Origin: Marsupella aquatica
Lineage: Eukaryota > Plantae > Marchantiophyta
Length of the DNA stretch: 64,000 nucleotides
Direction: 5' to 3'
Assembly: GCA_973895155.1 (NCBI GenBank)
Contig: OZ316898.1
Span: 12,985,659-13,049,658 of the forward strand
A model generated the notes under the pieces. It was not told the origin of the DNA. It made no database searches and saw only the letters and a program-made list of their open reading frames with translations. Both the position numbers and the translations under genes were made by a program. Position 1 is the first letter of the stretch, and every line of letters begins with the position of its first letter. This document shows, one piece after another, positions 13,001 to 25,483 of the stretch.

Positions 13001-16000
13001 GCCATTTCCTCATTAGTCTGAATTAGTTTTTCCTCTCGGTGACTGGTAAGCTCCTCAATAATTTCCTGATACCTATGCTCCAATCTAAGTCTGTCTTGCA
13101 CTTCTGTGGTCAAGGCTTCGTCCATTTGGCCTACTTTTGCTTCTGAAACGGCAATTTTATCAAGAAGGTTCTGTTGTGCCTTATCCAGTCCATCTCTCTC
13201 TTCTACTGCCATGGTAAGCTTCTTCAGAGTTTCCTCATACTTGGCTTCCAACGCCCTCCTCTTCTCCTGTTCTCTACTAAGCGTGGCAAGTATTTCCTGA
13301 TGGTTATCCTCCAATCTCTTCTTCTCTCCTAGTTCCCTGGTGACGGTTTCCGTCAATTGCACCACTAGTGCTTCTGAGCCACCAAGATTCTGAACAAGAG
13401 TCTCGTTAATTTCCTGATGTTTTATTTGCAGTACTCTCCTCTCTTCCTGTTCCTTGTGAAGGCTCTCAAGAATCAGTTGACGGTCTTTCTCCAATCTTTC
13501 CTTCTCTTGGAGTTCCCTATCAAGAGTTTCAGTCATTTGGATCAGTTGAGCTTCTGGCGCTAGGTGAAATTGGAGAGCACTCTGATGGTCCTCTTCTAGC
13601 TGCACCCTCTCTGCTTGTTCTTCAGCGGTAGCCTCGTCACGTGTCTCTTCGCTATCTAGGCCCAATAGATTCCTCTCCTGCCCTTTTTTTTTGCTGTGCT
13701 TGTTGAGAATTTCCAAGTGCTCTGTCTCCAGTCTCTTGTACTCGTGTATTTTGACTCTCAGAGTTTCACTTAATTGTTCCGCTTCAGATTGCGATGCAGC
13801 AAGTTTTTCAAGAGTATCTTGATGTGCTTTGTTCAATTGTTCCCTCTTTTCTTGTTCCGTACCAAATTCTAGAAGAATTTCCTGGTTCTTCGTTGCTTTG
13901 GATTCAGATGAGGGAAGTTTAGGATGACTATCAGCATGCGTCCCCAGCAATAGTTCGTTCTCCTCATGTTGTTCCTTAGCAAGCTGCTCAATGCCCTGGT
14001 GATGCTCTTCCAAGCTTTTCTTCTGTTCTTGCTCTCTGGTAAGCTGGGCACGAATTGCGTGAAGCTTATTCTCCAATTCTCTCTTCCCAAGTGCCTCTGC
14101 AGCCAGTTTTTCAGTCAACTGCAAAACTTCGGTTTCTAAGCTAGCTAGATTATCCAGCAGTCCCTGATGTTTCGTCTCGAGGACTTCCATCTCTTTTTGA
14201 GGATCAGTTGAGCTGGGAAGATTTCCCAGATTCCTTTCCTCCCATTTTCTCCTGACTTCTTGATCTCTAGTGAGCTTTTCCAGCATTTCCTGATATACTT
14301 CTTGTATAGCTTCCTTTTCTTGTTGTTCTTTTGTGAGTTTACAATTCAGCTCAAGATTGTTATCGCCTAAGAGTTTTCTCTCTTCCTGTTCTTTGGCAAG
14401 CTTGTCAAGAGTTTCCAGGTGAACTTCCTCCACTGTTGCTCGTTCCTTCTTTTCTCTGGCAAGGTTTCCGGTCAACCTTGCAGCCTCTGCCTCTGACTTC
14501 GATAGCTGGACTGAAAGACCCTTCAACTCCTTTTCTAATTTGACCTTTTCTTGTGATACTGTGTCCAGTTTTGCTGTCAAACTAGCCACTTCGCTTTCCA
14601 AGTTTTCCAGCTTGTACATAAAGTTGGTGTGATCTTGCTCCAGGATACTCTTATCTTCCAGTTGGCTGGTAATTATCTCGGTCAACCTTGCCACCTCGGT
14701 CTCAGATTGGACCACTCTATCTAAAGTCTTGCTGTAATTGTTCTCCAGTGTATCCATCTCTTCGAGCTGTCGAGCCAGATTGTCAGCTTTCCCACGAAAG
14801 ATGATGAGTTCTCTTTGTTGTGATTCCACACGTGATAGTGTATCCTCCAGCAATTTCGTGACCTTAACAACCTCGTTCTCCATGCAGACCAATTTGTGTC
14901 CTTGCGCTGCTTCGATCCTTTCCTTTTCCTCCAATTCGGCAGTTAGTTCCGCAACAGTGTGTTCTGAGCTTTTGAGCTTGATCAAGACTTCTTGCCGAGC
15001 CTTGTCATTGTCCTCTATTTCTCGTTCCAGTCTCTCAACCTCAGTTTGCGATAAAGAAAGATCAACTTGAAGCCTTTTAATTTCCTCTTGCAGTCCTGCT
15101 TTTTCTCCCAGGGTATTAGTTAACCTTAAAATCTCAGCCTCTGTTGTGCTTTGTCTTGATTTTGAATATTTCTTCTTCTTCTCCACCTTTGATTTCTCTA
15201 GAGCTTGAGTGAGCCTAAGCACATCTGTTTCTGCAATGTCAAACTTAAGTTGCATGTCTGTCTGTTTTTTCTCTAGCTCCGATTTCTTCTCAAGAGCCTG
15301 GGTTAATGAATGCACTTCAGATTGTGCAGTGTGGAGTTTGCATTGGATTTCGGAGTACTTTTCCTCTAGCTGCAGATTTTCTCGTTTCCAGTTCTCACGT
15401 TGGGATTCAAGCTTCTCCACTTTGCTTTTGTACTCTTGCTCGATAGCTGAAAGACGAAGTTCAGAGGCACTAGCAGCTTCTTTCATGGCTACCCTGACTG
15501 AAGACAGCTCATTCAACAAGCTTTCGTTGTCTGAAAGGACTCTTAAAACGCCACTTTGTCTCTCGACAACACATTCCAACTTGGCTAGCTCAGACTTCAT
15601 TGAGTGAAGTTCTTTTTCTGACGAAAGCTTTCCTCGTCTCAACGCTACAAGTTGCAGCTTCGCCTTTTCCAATGATTCAGATAGATCAGATGTGGCACAG
15701 CTTAGGACCTTGAGTTCAGCAACACCTTCCTGCATAAGTGAGACTACGATTCAATTCACAGTAAATTGATTCATCGCACCCAGGAGAAAAAGGAAGGACA
15801 AACGACATGATTTCACGACAACCTTGGTACAAGCTATAAGTTGATCAGTTCTTTTTCACATGTCCATTCAATCCCTAAAATGTCTTAGTTGATATGATAA
15901 TCAGGCCCAGTGTATAAACCTGGAAACTCTTCAAATCAGCATTTAATGTTTGAAAGGTCTCCAAAACCAGTTCCAGTAGGGCATCAGATACAGATAACGT

Positions 16001-19000
16001 AGACTCCACTTCAGCCTTCAGCTCACCCACAGCAGCAGCCAAGACTTGGAGACTGTTATTATCACCATTGATGTCCTCCTAAAGCATAAAAAGGTCCTGT
16101 CATGTTATTGTCCGTCCTTTGCCTTCCTGTTTGCTTTATCTTGCCACGTAGGTACTATATTCTTAGTCTTGGTCACGTGTATTCGAAAATTCCTTGGTAG
16201 ACAAATTCCTAATCCTAGAGGACTGCAGACCGTGCAACTTGCACATCTCTTGTAACTGACTTTGCGCACAAGGACTTTCTTACAACGCTTCCAGGAAAAT
16301 CCCCATTTGAAGGTGCCTCTAAATGACAAGTGATTGGTAGCGTTCCCCTACCCTCATGTCAATGAGACACAATGATGCTGCTGACTTGGTGGTATATTGC
16401 TATGAAGTGGATTGCAACATCTTCTTATTGAAGACATTGGAAGGCTTTTAAGTGAATTGCTTCTGTGGACCAAGTTTGTGACATACCTTGATCGTGCAAA
16501 CGTTAACGTTGTCCTCGCTTTCATTCCTGCTTCCATTGATCTCCTTCAAAACCCTCAATAATCCATCCCTCTCGTCCTTAAGAGCTGAAATGGTCTCATT
16601 TGCGATGGCAAGCTCTTTTCGAAGGTTGGAAATTTCTGACCGGCCTTGGAAATTTTGGTACTTTTGGTATACCTGTAGTCATTTGTAGAACAGAAAATTC
16701 AAGACCTAGATCAAACCAAATCTACTGACATTTTTCGAAAGCTCCCGGTGCTACCTTCGTGGAACTCAAATGCAATTTTTCATTCTTTTGCTATCTTTTC
16801 TATCATGTTGTCTTTCTGGAAAGGTCATTCATTCTGTCACTCATTCCCAGTAATGCTAAAATAGCCGAAGAAAAACAAACACCATACCGTGACACGTAGA
16901 CAGAAAATTGAAGCTCGTGGAGGTGAAGGACACAAGGGCTAAACTGTTCAGTATTAACTCGTGTCTGGTAAATGTTTTTTTCTTGGAGGCATTTGCGTTG
17001 GACATGTCCCCTCATCTCTAGAAATGTTTTTTGGATTCATTATGGTGCAGGGAAGGAGCGGTTTCAGGTCTGTTCAGTACTCCCAAATTTCCGATGACGG
17101 CCTAAAGCATGTAGGTTTTTACAATTTGGATCTAAGAACCAGCCAAAAGATAATCAGATCTAGGTCTGGTCTAAGAAGCTTCTAAAAATCCAGAATGATC
17201 ACAAAACACAAGCTTGATAATAACTAACAGAATACATCTAATCTTTCAGAGAAGAAGAGTACGTACAAGGTACAAGTCCTGCCTGGGCCTTCATTCCTAT
17301 CAAGCACTCTCTCAGTAGGGGATTCATGGGCTTCAAAATCAAACAAATTAAACTGAATTAAATTAGATTCTAAACCAGATACCTCTCAAGACAGAAATGC
17401 TATCGGCGCCAGGAGAGTGGAACTATCACTGCTGAAAAGAATTGCTGTTAGCAGAAGTTCATTTTAAAGTCCAAGAGTCCCCGATAGAGCCCGCGGCGGA
17501 AGTTAACCGAATTGTATTCATTTGAAAGTCCAAGAATCCCCGATTGAGCCCAAGGAAAGAGAGTATGACGTAGCTTGTCTACTGGAGGTAACCCAATGGC
17601 TACGAGGAATGCAACAAAGTGAACGAACTGTTGATGTTCCAACTGAGATAGGAAGTTTGGAGACTAAATAACAGGCAGTACGTTGATGGATATGGATAGA
17701 AAGCTCAATCAGGAAAGCATGCTCAACCTTCAAAGTAACAATCTTGCATGCCCTAAATCCTAATCTTTCAGGTGAATTTTTTTTTCAAAGCTTAGAAAGA
17801 TTTCCTGGGTGAGATTACCAAGCTAGTTGACAAACCAGATGATCTGAACAAAACTGGGGAATTTAATAAGCCAACCCTTCGTTGAGCTTCGTTGTCTTTC
17901 TCTCTTAGTTTGGAGCTTCTGCTGCTTAGTCCTTTCTATCCCTTGTTTCGTTAGAGGGTTTGTGAACCAATTCATTGATTTTTCTAGAGGGACTTGGTCG
18001 TTATTAGAATTCAGGTCCATCAAAATGATAAGGGAATCTTATAAATCGGTTTGTAATTCGAGAAAATGTGAAATGTATAAGTTTTGACTCACACCAAGGA
18101 GCTCTAATGGGTTTGATATAAGGGTGATATTCAACGAGTTCATGTTCACAAACCTTGTTGGCCTTAGATTTTCGCTTGTTCTGTGTATGCTTGCCTTCCG
18201 TTTCATTCAAAATATTTTGTTGTTCTTCACTTTCCTGTGATATACAAGATCGTGCTTCGGCATGCTGCCTCACCACGCTTCCCGGAATTCCTAGTCCTGT
18301 CTCCGGCACTTCCCCTTCAAACTTTGCGACACATTTCGAATTTGCGTCCTGTTGTGGCGTTCCTGACCCTTTTTCACCATCGCTTAGGACAATCTCAATG
18401 AGTGTATCATCGGTGTGGATCACAGATAAGTCTCCATGTACCTGTCTTCCCTCAGCATCAAATTGACCCTTTAGAGACTCTACTGCATCACTAGAGGTTG
18501 TTTCTTGCTCACAGAGTCTTTTCTCCATTATGACCAGTGCATCCTCGCTGTGGATAGCAGATAAGTCTCCATGTACTTGTCTTCCCTCCGTAGCATATTG
18601 ACCATTTAGAGACTCTACTACTCCTGTTTCTTGCTCACACAGTCTTTTCTCCATCAAGACCAGTCCATCCTCGCTGTGGATAACAGATAAGTCTCCATGT
18701 ACCTGTCTTCCCTCAGTATCATATTGACCATTTAGAGACTCTACTGCTTTTGTTTCTTGCTCACAGTGTCTTTCCTCCAGTGCATCATCGCTGTGGATAA
18801 CAGATAAGTCTCCATGCAACTGTCTTCCCTCGGCATCAAATTGGCTCGTTGGCGACTCTACTGCTTTTGTTTCTTGCTCACACAATCTTTTCTCCATCAT
18901 GACCTAGCACAACTCATACAATCCATTGTTAATCTGTGTCCAAAGAGATAGCAGCCAAAACTTTTAGACGACGTGTTTTAGCGATATATGGGATCAGACA

Positions 19001-22000
19001 CCAACCCCTTGCTGTTTCAAGATCATCCCTTACTTGCTTTCGTAAATATATTAGACAGCTCTCCAGGTCATTACAATTTTAATTTGACTTTATAGAATGA
19101 CTTACATTAGCTAGATTTCCATACATCGTACCTTCTCTTTTTCCAGCTCTTCAATTTTTTGTTGCAGTTTTCTGCAATCACCAGCCTTTTTAGCTAAATG
19201 CTCCTGGTGCTCGTTGTCTTGTTGTTCAATAAGATCTCTCAGCTCTATCAGTAGTTGTCTCTCTGCAATTCCTTCAGCCTTAAGGTAGTTCAACCCTCGT
19301 GCCATTTTGGACTGAAAAAGTACTTCCACCTGTTCAAGCTGTGAAAACGGATAGGATTATGTCAATAAAATCTACTCACTGGTATGGTCTGCCCATGACA
19401 AGCTTCTGCCGTGGTGTATTCTGTTTCTTCGAGATATGTTGGTAAAATCACGGGAAAGAAAAGCACTTGAGTGAAACTTTCTGGTCTCCACATATTGATT
19501 GCTACATAGAGTCACACCAAGGCGCATTTCACCTTTAGGATGCACTTCAGATATCATGCAGCAAACAAAGTTAGATAACTGTGTTGTCAACACTTTTTCC
19601 TTGATAGAAAATGGAGGGTACGGTGACAGCTCTACCACAGCACCTTTTCTGCAACATTGCCTGTAGAGGACCGTCTCTTCCTTTTGCTTCCAGAACGTGG
19701 GCTCAACGAAAGTTCTCCCGAGGCTCGTTTTAAGAGATGATCGGCATCTTGAAACTCCTCAGTTTGAAGAAAGTTCTCGATGTATCCACGGAGAGCTTTT
19801 GTCTGTGAATAAGTGCTAGTGTCATCCTGTGATAAGAGTACGGAAAGAGATCTAGTCACATGAATATTGAGTAAGGTGGTGAACTCACACGCAATATGTG
19901 ATAAGTCATTGGCCGACCAGAAAGACTGACCGGGAAGGTAATCCAGAACGCCTGATCACTTCTCCGGATTCCTTTCCGGAGGAGATTGCAAGTATTAAGA
20001 TTCATCAGAATTGTCAAGAGTTTTTGACCTGACACCTCACTGTTTAGGAACTTTAGAGTTCGATCGTGCCTAAATCCACATACAATCACAGTCTGTCGAT
20101 AGAAGAAAGGACGCACCAGCTGCATTTCATTTCTCCTCTCAAATTCGAAATCTCCTTCTGTAATTAAGTTCTGCCCCTTTCGGTCTTCTTTATACTCTGA
20201 CTCAGATCCACAAAGTAAGGACGCTTTTCCAAATCGTTCAATGGACATTTGCTCCCTCTCTAGCTCAATCTGGTGGGAAGACAAAATCAGTCTAATTAGC
20301 ATTTTCGACATCTGCAATTAAAGGCCAAATATGGATAAGTGAACAACGCTTGAAGTGGTGAATGAGTCGATAATGAAGTAGTGGGTAGAAGGTGCAAGGT
20401 GCAGATCTGCCAAAACAGCGAAGATGAAGCAAGCAACACCAGGAGCACGGAAAATGGGCCAAACAATATTAGACACTGTATACAAAATTGAGGATGAGAG
20501 TAAGTTCATCAAACATGTAGCACATATTTAGGGTGGAAAGTAACTGTACTAATTTGATAGAAAAGCACAAAGTAACATTCGCATCTCCAAAGCAATTCTG
20601 CCTTACCATTAAAAGAGCATTTTGACGGTTGACCACATCTTCCATTTCCTGCGAGTCATCTTCTTCCTGTTCCAAACGCGCACAGATCTTTTAAACATGG
20701 AAGACGCCACTAATATTTCGGTGGAATTGGAGGTCGATTGTTCAGGATGTGCATAATCATCGTCTATTCTTCCGCCCTCGACCCTTAGCACTGTGATGAG
20801 AATGAACTATAGGATTCACTATGGTAGCTTTTCTCAGTGCAGAGGATGCAGAAAATAAATTTATCATTTTCTGCAAAGGATTCTCCGTTTTCAGATCATT
20901 AGGGGGTGGGGGACAGAATGAATGCATTGGAAGTGTAACTTTTACGAATAAGTCGCTGCAAGACAGAATTTTAGTACACAAAGAGTGTACATAGTCGAAC
21001 ATGAAGAAAGTTACGAATTCCTTACTTTGAGTTTGTTCCGTGGCTCCTCCGTTTCCCTTCTTTGACGTTTGAGTATGGGCCTACTTCTCCAGAACTTCCA
21101 ACAAACAAGGCCTTTCGTATGAGAACGCTACGACTGGAGGAGGATTTTTCGTTATCTCAAACAACAGAAACAAAAGATAATCGCTCCTTTGTGACGCGGT
21201 CATGTGACTCTATCTACCCAATTGCTCCAACAAACGCTCCAGTTTCATATGTACCTACTACTGTAAACTTACACAAGGGAAGCACAGAGGTTCCAACATC
21301 TAGTTTAAATATCTCAGCGCTCGAGAATCTTTGCCCTGACTTAAGCTGTTTCCGACCTAACAAAAATATAGCATGACGGTTGCTTACCTCATCCACTTTG
21401 AAGGAATTCATCACTCTGGTTGCTTTAGCAGCGAACGTCAGTGTCTCTACTGTGGCATCCATGTGAACCTGCCAATGCCCCAGATTACTCTTTTGTGAGA
21501 TAATCTGAAGGACGAAGGGCTTGCCCAAGAACTAAGGGGAGAAGGGATGTTAAAGGCTAAAAGAAGGATCACACTTCTCCCATCTCTTGCTGAGCAGTCT
21601 TTGACTACGTATGGCACCACCACAAGCGACTTCAGATTTTGTAAGATTGAGCAAGTTGCTGGTCTAACGCCACGCTGTCAGGTCTCCCATGAAGTTAGTT
21701 ATATGATAACACCTGTGGTGTAGTCTAACTGAGACCCCAGTGTGCCTCTTTCGAAGTTTAATATATTATCTTAGAATTGGAACTGACATGTAGGAAGGTA
21801 AGGTCCCGGCTATTTAAATCTAAAAAGTTGGCGGTGCAATGAGCCTTTACCATAGCTGGGGATACATGGCAGATAAAGCAGGTTCTTGTATTTCCTCCCA
21901 AAGATGGCTTCAGGAGACATGTGAGCTTGCTCTCAGCATAAGGCAATGACTCCCTGCAGAGGACATGTTGATCTTAGTACTGATTTCTCTGTTACATAAT

Positions 22001-25000
22001 CCCCTACATCAAGTTTTCGTGTCCTGCTTCGAAGAGTCAACATAAGTCCTCATCCACTTTTCTGTGATGCCTGATTTATGGAGCACGTTGCTCTAAACGT
22101 CCGCAAAACTTCACTTTGCGCTATGTTAACTAGTACTTATACGCACTGAAGGTGTGTGCTGAGAACAGGGATCCACAGACGGACAAATGCAAAGTTAGTG
22201 CAACTACGACTTAAATATCCACGTTCGTATGGATTCATGGATCTGAAATTGTGGAGGAAATGCTGGCTTGAGGTACCCTCACGCCAAGCACACGTAAGAC
22301 TATCGTCTGCAGGAGAATGAAGAACCTAACACTCACCCTTTTGCTTCAGCATTTTCACTTAACTTGCTCACAACCGTATCTAGAGTGATCAAGCTTTTAT
22401 CGGGTTTAATCTCCTCCAACAAAGCACCGTCGTTCTCCACAACTCCAGTATGGGCAGCAACAACTTCAACCAAATTCTAGTAAAGTCGCCCAAATGAAAC
22501 CATGAGACCAGAGTTAAAAAACATTGATGTACGAAGTCAGCTGCGCATTATGAGATGAAAAGTCTGCATCTAAAGACTGATCCGCTTGAGTCAGAAATGA
22601 TAGAAAGGCGGTAAGAGACCCTTACTGCCTCACATCAGGAACCAACTTTCTACAGACTATTTGAAAAAGTTATTCCACATCCCTTGGAAGACAACAACGG
22701 GTGGATATCCGTCAATGGCAAAAGTCTACACACTTTCTTATCGAGCCAAGGGCAACCATACCAACACAGAAATCTGAATCGCGTCACTTGCTCCTGGACT
22801 GAGAACATTTTCCTGGTTGTCAAGACTACTCTCAATGACCTGAGTCCAACCAAAAAACGTATTGGTAAGGTTCTCTGAAGCTGTGGTCTTGTCCAAGACT
22901 TCACTTCTTGGATGAGTGTGAGTAATAGCATAGGAATCAAGGAAGACACAATACTCATTTGCCCATTGAGTTTAAGGCTGCTGCCCTTTCACATTTGCCT
23001 GAGAAACTTTAGAACATGAAAAGTTAGAGATCACCGCGTTGTTTAGTTAGACCAGTTTTCTCTACAGACGATCACTTACCACCTGAAAAATAGAATGTGA
23101 TCTTCTTCTGCAATCGTTTGCATTTTTTAGATCCTCTAACCTGCGAGCTGTAAGATGAGTTCAATTTAGAAATCTTTTCTCGCTGTTGCCAATTTTCTTT
23201 CGTTTCTTTTAAGTGATCTTTAATTGGGACAAAGGAGCAGAACGTATGATTAGGCACCAAACAGCTCTGGCCACAGAAAAGGAATACGATCACGAAAATA
23301 AAAACTGCTTTTGGAAGTTTTTTCACTACAGCTGCCAGAGGGACATCAGCTCACCATCTGCATACTCGAGAAGAGCCAATACTTGCTCTGTTCCGATAAC
23401 TATCTCCTCTCTCAGACCAGCCACAACAATACCGCCCTGCAGATCACAACCAGATTCAGCAAGCCATGCTTTATAATAATGGTCCTCCATTCCAGTCGGC
23501 TCCTATTGTTCTCCAACACTAATTCCGAAATACCTTGGTAATAAAGGAAAACTAGCGACTAGATATAGTAGTGCTCTAGTCTTTGAAACAAACACACGAA
23601 CAAAATATATCTAGAGGAAAAGACTCTTGTTGCATGCCTGGACGTGTTCATGCACATCCAGCTTCTGGTTCTTCGAAGCAAGAAGGTCAACGAATTCCTC
23701 ATTATCCAATTCGAAGTAGGACACACGGACTAAAAATACCCTGGCCTTTTCCTGCATTTTGAAAGCGATTAGATAAAGATTAGCAGCTCATGCACTTTCG
23801 ATGGATGCTTCCTGAAATATTCTCCTGCCATGTGAGAAGCATCGACCAACAAAATAAACTTTACCGACACAGAAGTCCCCCCAAACTACTATCTCACTTT
23901 GCGAGCTTTCATCGCACAATGTGTGGATTCTTCGCATTTAGTGTGAACGACCTGTCATACAAAGTGCAGGTAAACATTCCGATCATGTTGCAAATATTAT
24001 CAGGTCATAAAGAAACGTGCCTCCTGGATTCTGTTGAACACATCCTGCACTGCAAGTACTAGAACGCCCCTTTCGTCGGGGAGTCCTCTCATGGTAAATG
24101 TCTTCCCGCTGCCAGACTGACCATATGCAATTATTGTACCTGGAACAAAAGAAGTTTTAGTGAAGAGGGACAGGACTGGTATCCTGGAGGGACTACCATG
24201 AAATGCAGAGATAACTCCGATTGCAGTGTTCCTGCTGAGTGGACAAAAACGTCTGGGGTATGCTTTCTTCAAATGAACCTTTTAAGTATGTAGAAAACCC
24301 TGCTGTATGTTTCAATTTTACGAGCACAGCTCAATATTTATCTTATAATATTTCTTTATTGTTCAGTAAATTGTAATTGTGTTCATGAAGCTTGGAATCA
24401 AATTATCGTCGTCTAGTCATCTGTTCGAAGGGAAGCAAGTACAATCTGCCATTGATTGCATGCTGCAGGGCGAGTGCATCCCAGAAAATTAATAGGAATC
24501 AGGAACGAAGTACTAACCACTGACACCAGAAACTGCTGAGTGAATAATACCCTTGACATGTGCTTCATAGATATCCAAGGTGGTACCTTTCGTACCATAG
24601 ACTCTATCTGCAATCAAATACACAGCAAAGAAATACAAAATGAACAAGATAGACAGTCCAAGGATACGATCCAGATGACAGTCCAGGAGCGTTTGACAAG
24701 GACTGAAGAAAAACCTACTTTCCAGTACTTCTATGAGCTCAGTGCCTGCTTCACAACGCTCGTTGGTTTGTACTCAGACTTTGCCACTTGCGACGGACAC
24801 AAGTTACTGAATCGGCTCTGTTGGAAAGGTGGACAGGTGCAGCTTGAAAGGCGATGTGATTTTGGAGGCAGCGGCAAGTACTACCCTCTGGAAATATCTG
24901 CATTTCTTCCGGGGCTGCGAGATCATGCTCAAACGGATCTTACGAATAAGGTACGGTGACAATGAAGGCCGCCCCCGCCCCCCCCCCCGTAAAGCCGCCT

Positions 25001-25483
25001 CCGGAATATGTTAATAGGCTCGGCCGAATTGATTATTATCTGGTGTTTCCATTGAAAATTATCTGTTCTTTCCGCAATGGATTGTGTCGCTCTCAATGAT
25101 GAGCTCGACCTAGATTGCCAAATAGTCGGATAATCGAGGTGGGCTCTAGCCTCATCGTGAGGTCCATTCAGAGGCAAGATGAGTACTTGATACCTATTCA
25201 CTGAATACAAATGAAGGGATATAAAAGACAGTTGTAGTGCTAATTTGTTGATGACGGAATCTAGTCCTAATTAAACGGCATGCATACAAGTAAGCCCAGA
25301 AAACGGACCGTAAGTGAAGGAGTAGGAAGGCACAGAAGGCCGGCAAGTCTTTGAAGAAGCAATTGATTTGGACGAGAGCTTCCAAGGGCTTCTCTGTGTG
25401 GCTTCTCCCTTGAGCAAAGGACGAACACGAACTACGACGGTAATTTTTTCCATTTTTTCGTCCTTGTTCTCTTCCATGGCCAT
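10027..25483 (-). CDS. Kinesin-7 (CENP-E-like) protein with degenerate motor motifs and a giant coiled-coil tail (roughly 2,600+ aa)
   Basis: Motor exons: 25483-25309, 24607-24518, 24139-24021, 23751-23638, 23436-23355, 23147-23080, 22839-22762, 22476-22337, 21953-21851, 21468-21388. All are phase-compatible and encode MEKITVVVRVRP, YGQSGSGKT, GIVVAGLREEIV, SKLTCLLKPSLGGNTRT and ETLTFAAKA. Tail exons include ~20688-20607, ~20270 region, ~19830-19640, ~19330-19132, 18903-18154, ~16672-16487, ~16051-15920, 15729-11242, 11073-10987, ~10561-10493 and 10203-10027. Some tail junctions are not resolved. Confidence 0.88.
18403..18903 (-). repeat. Coding tandem repeat: 4 copies of a ~39-45 aa unit in a kinesin exon
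   Basis: Unit (V)xMEKRLCEQETxxVESLxGQ(F/Y)DxEGRQVHGDLSVIHSxDxL x4. The DNA CAGATAAGTCTCCATG recurs at ~18423, ~18558, ~18684 and ~18801. Confidence 0.92.

Noticed and set aside
16702-17167. 11-bp inverted pair AGACCTAGATC / GATCTAGGTCT in a kinesin intron (possible MITE)
   Set aside because: The match is short, with no TSD and no second copy in the window.
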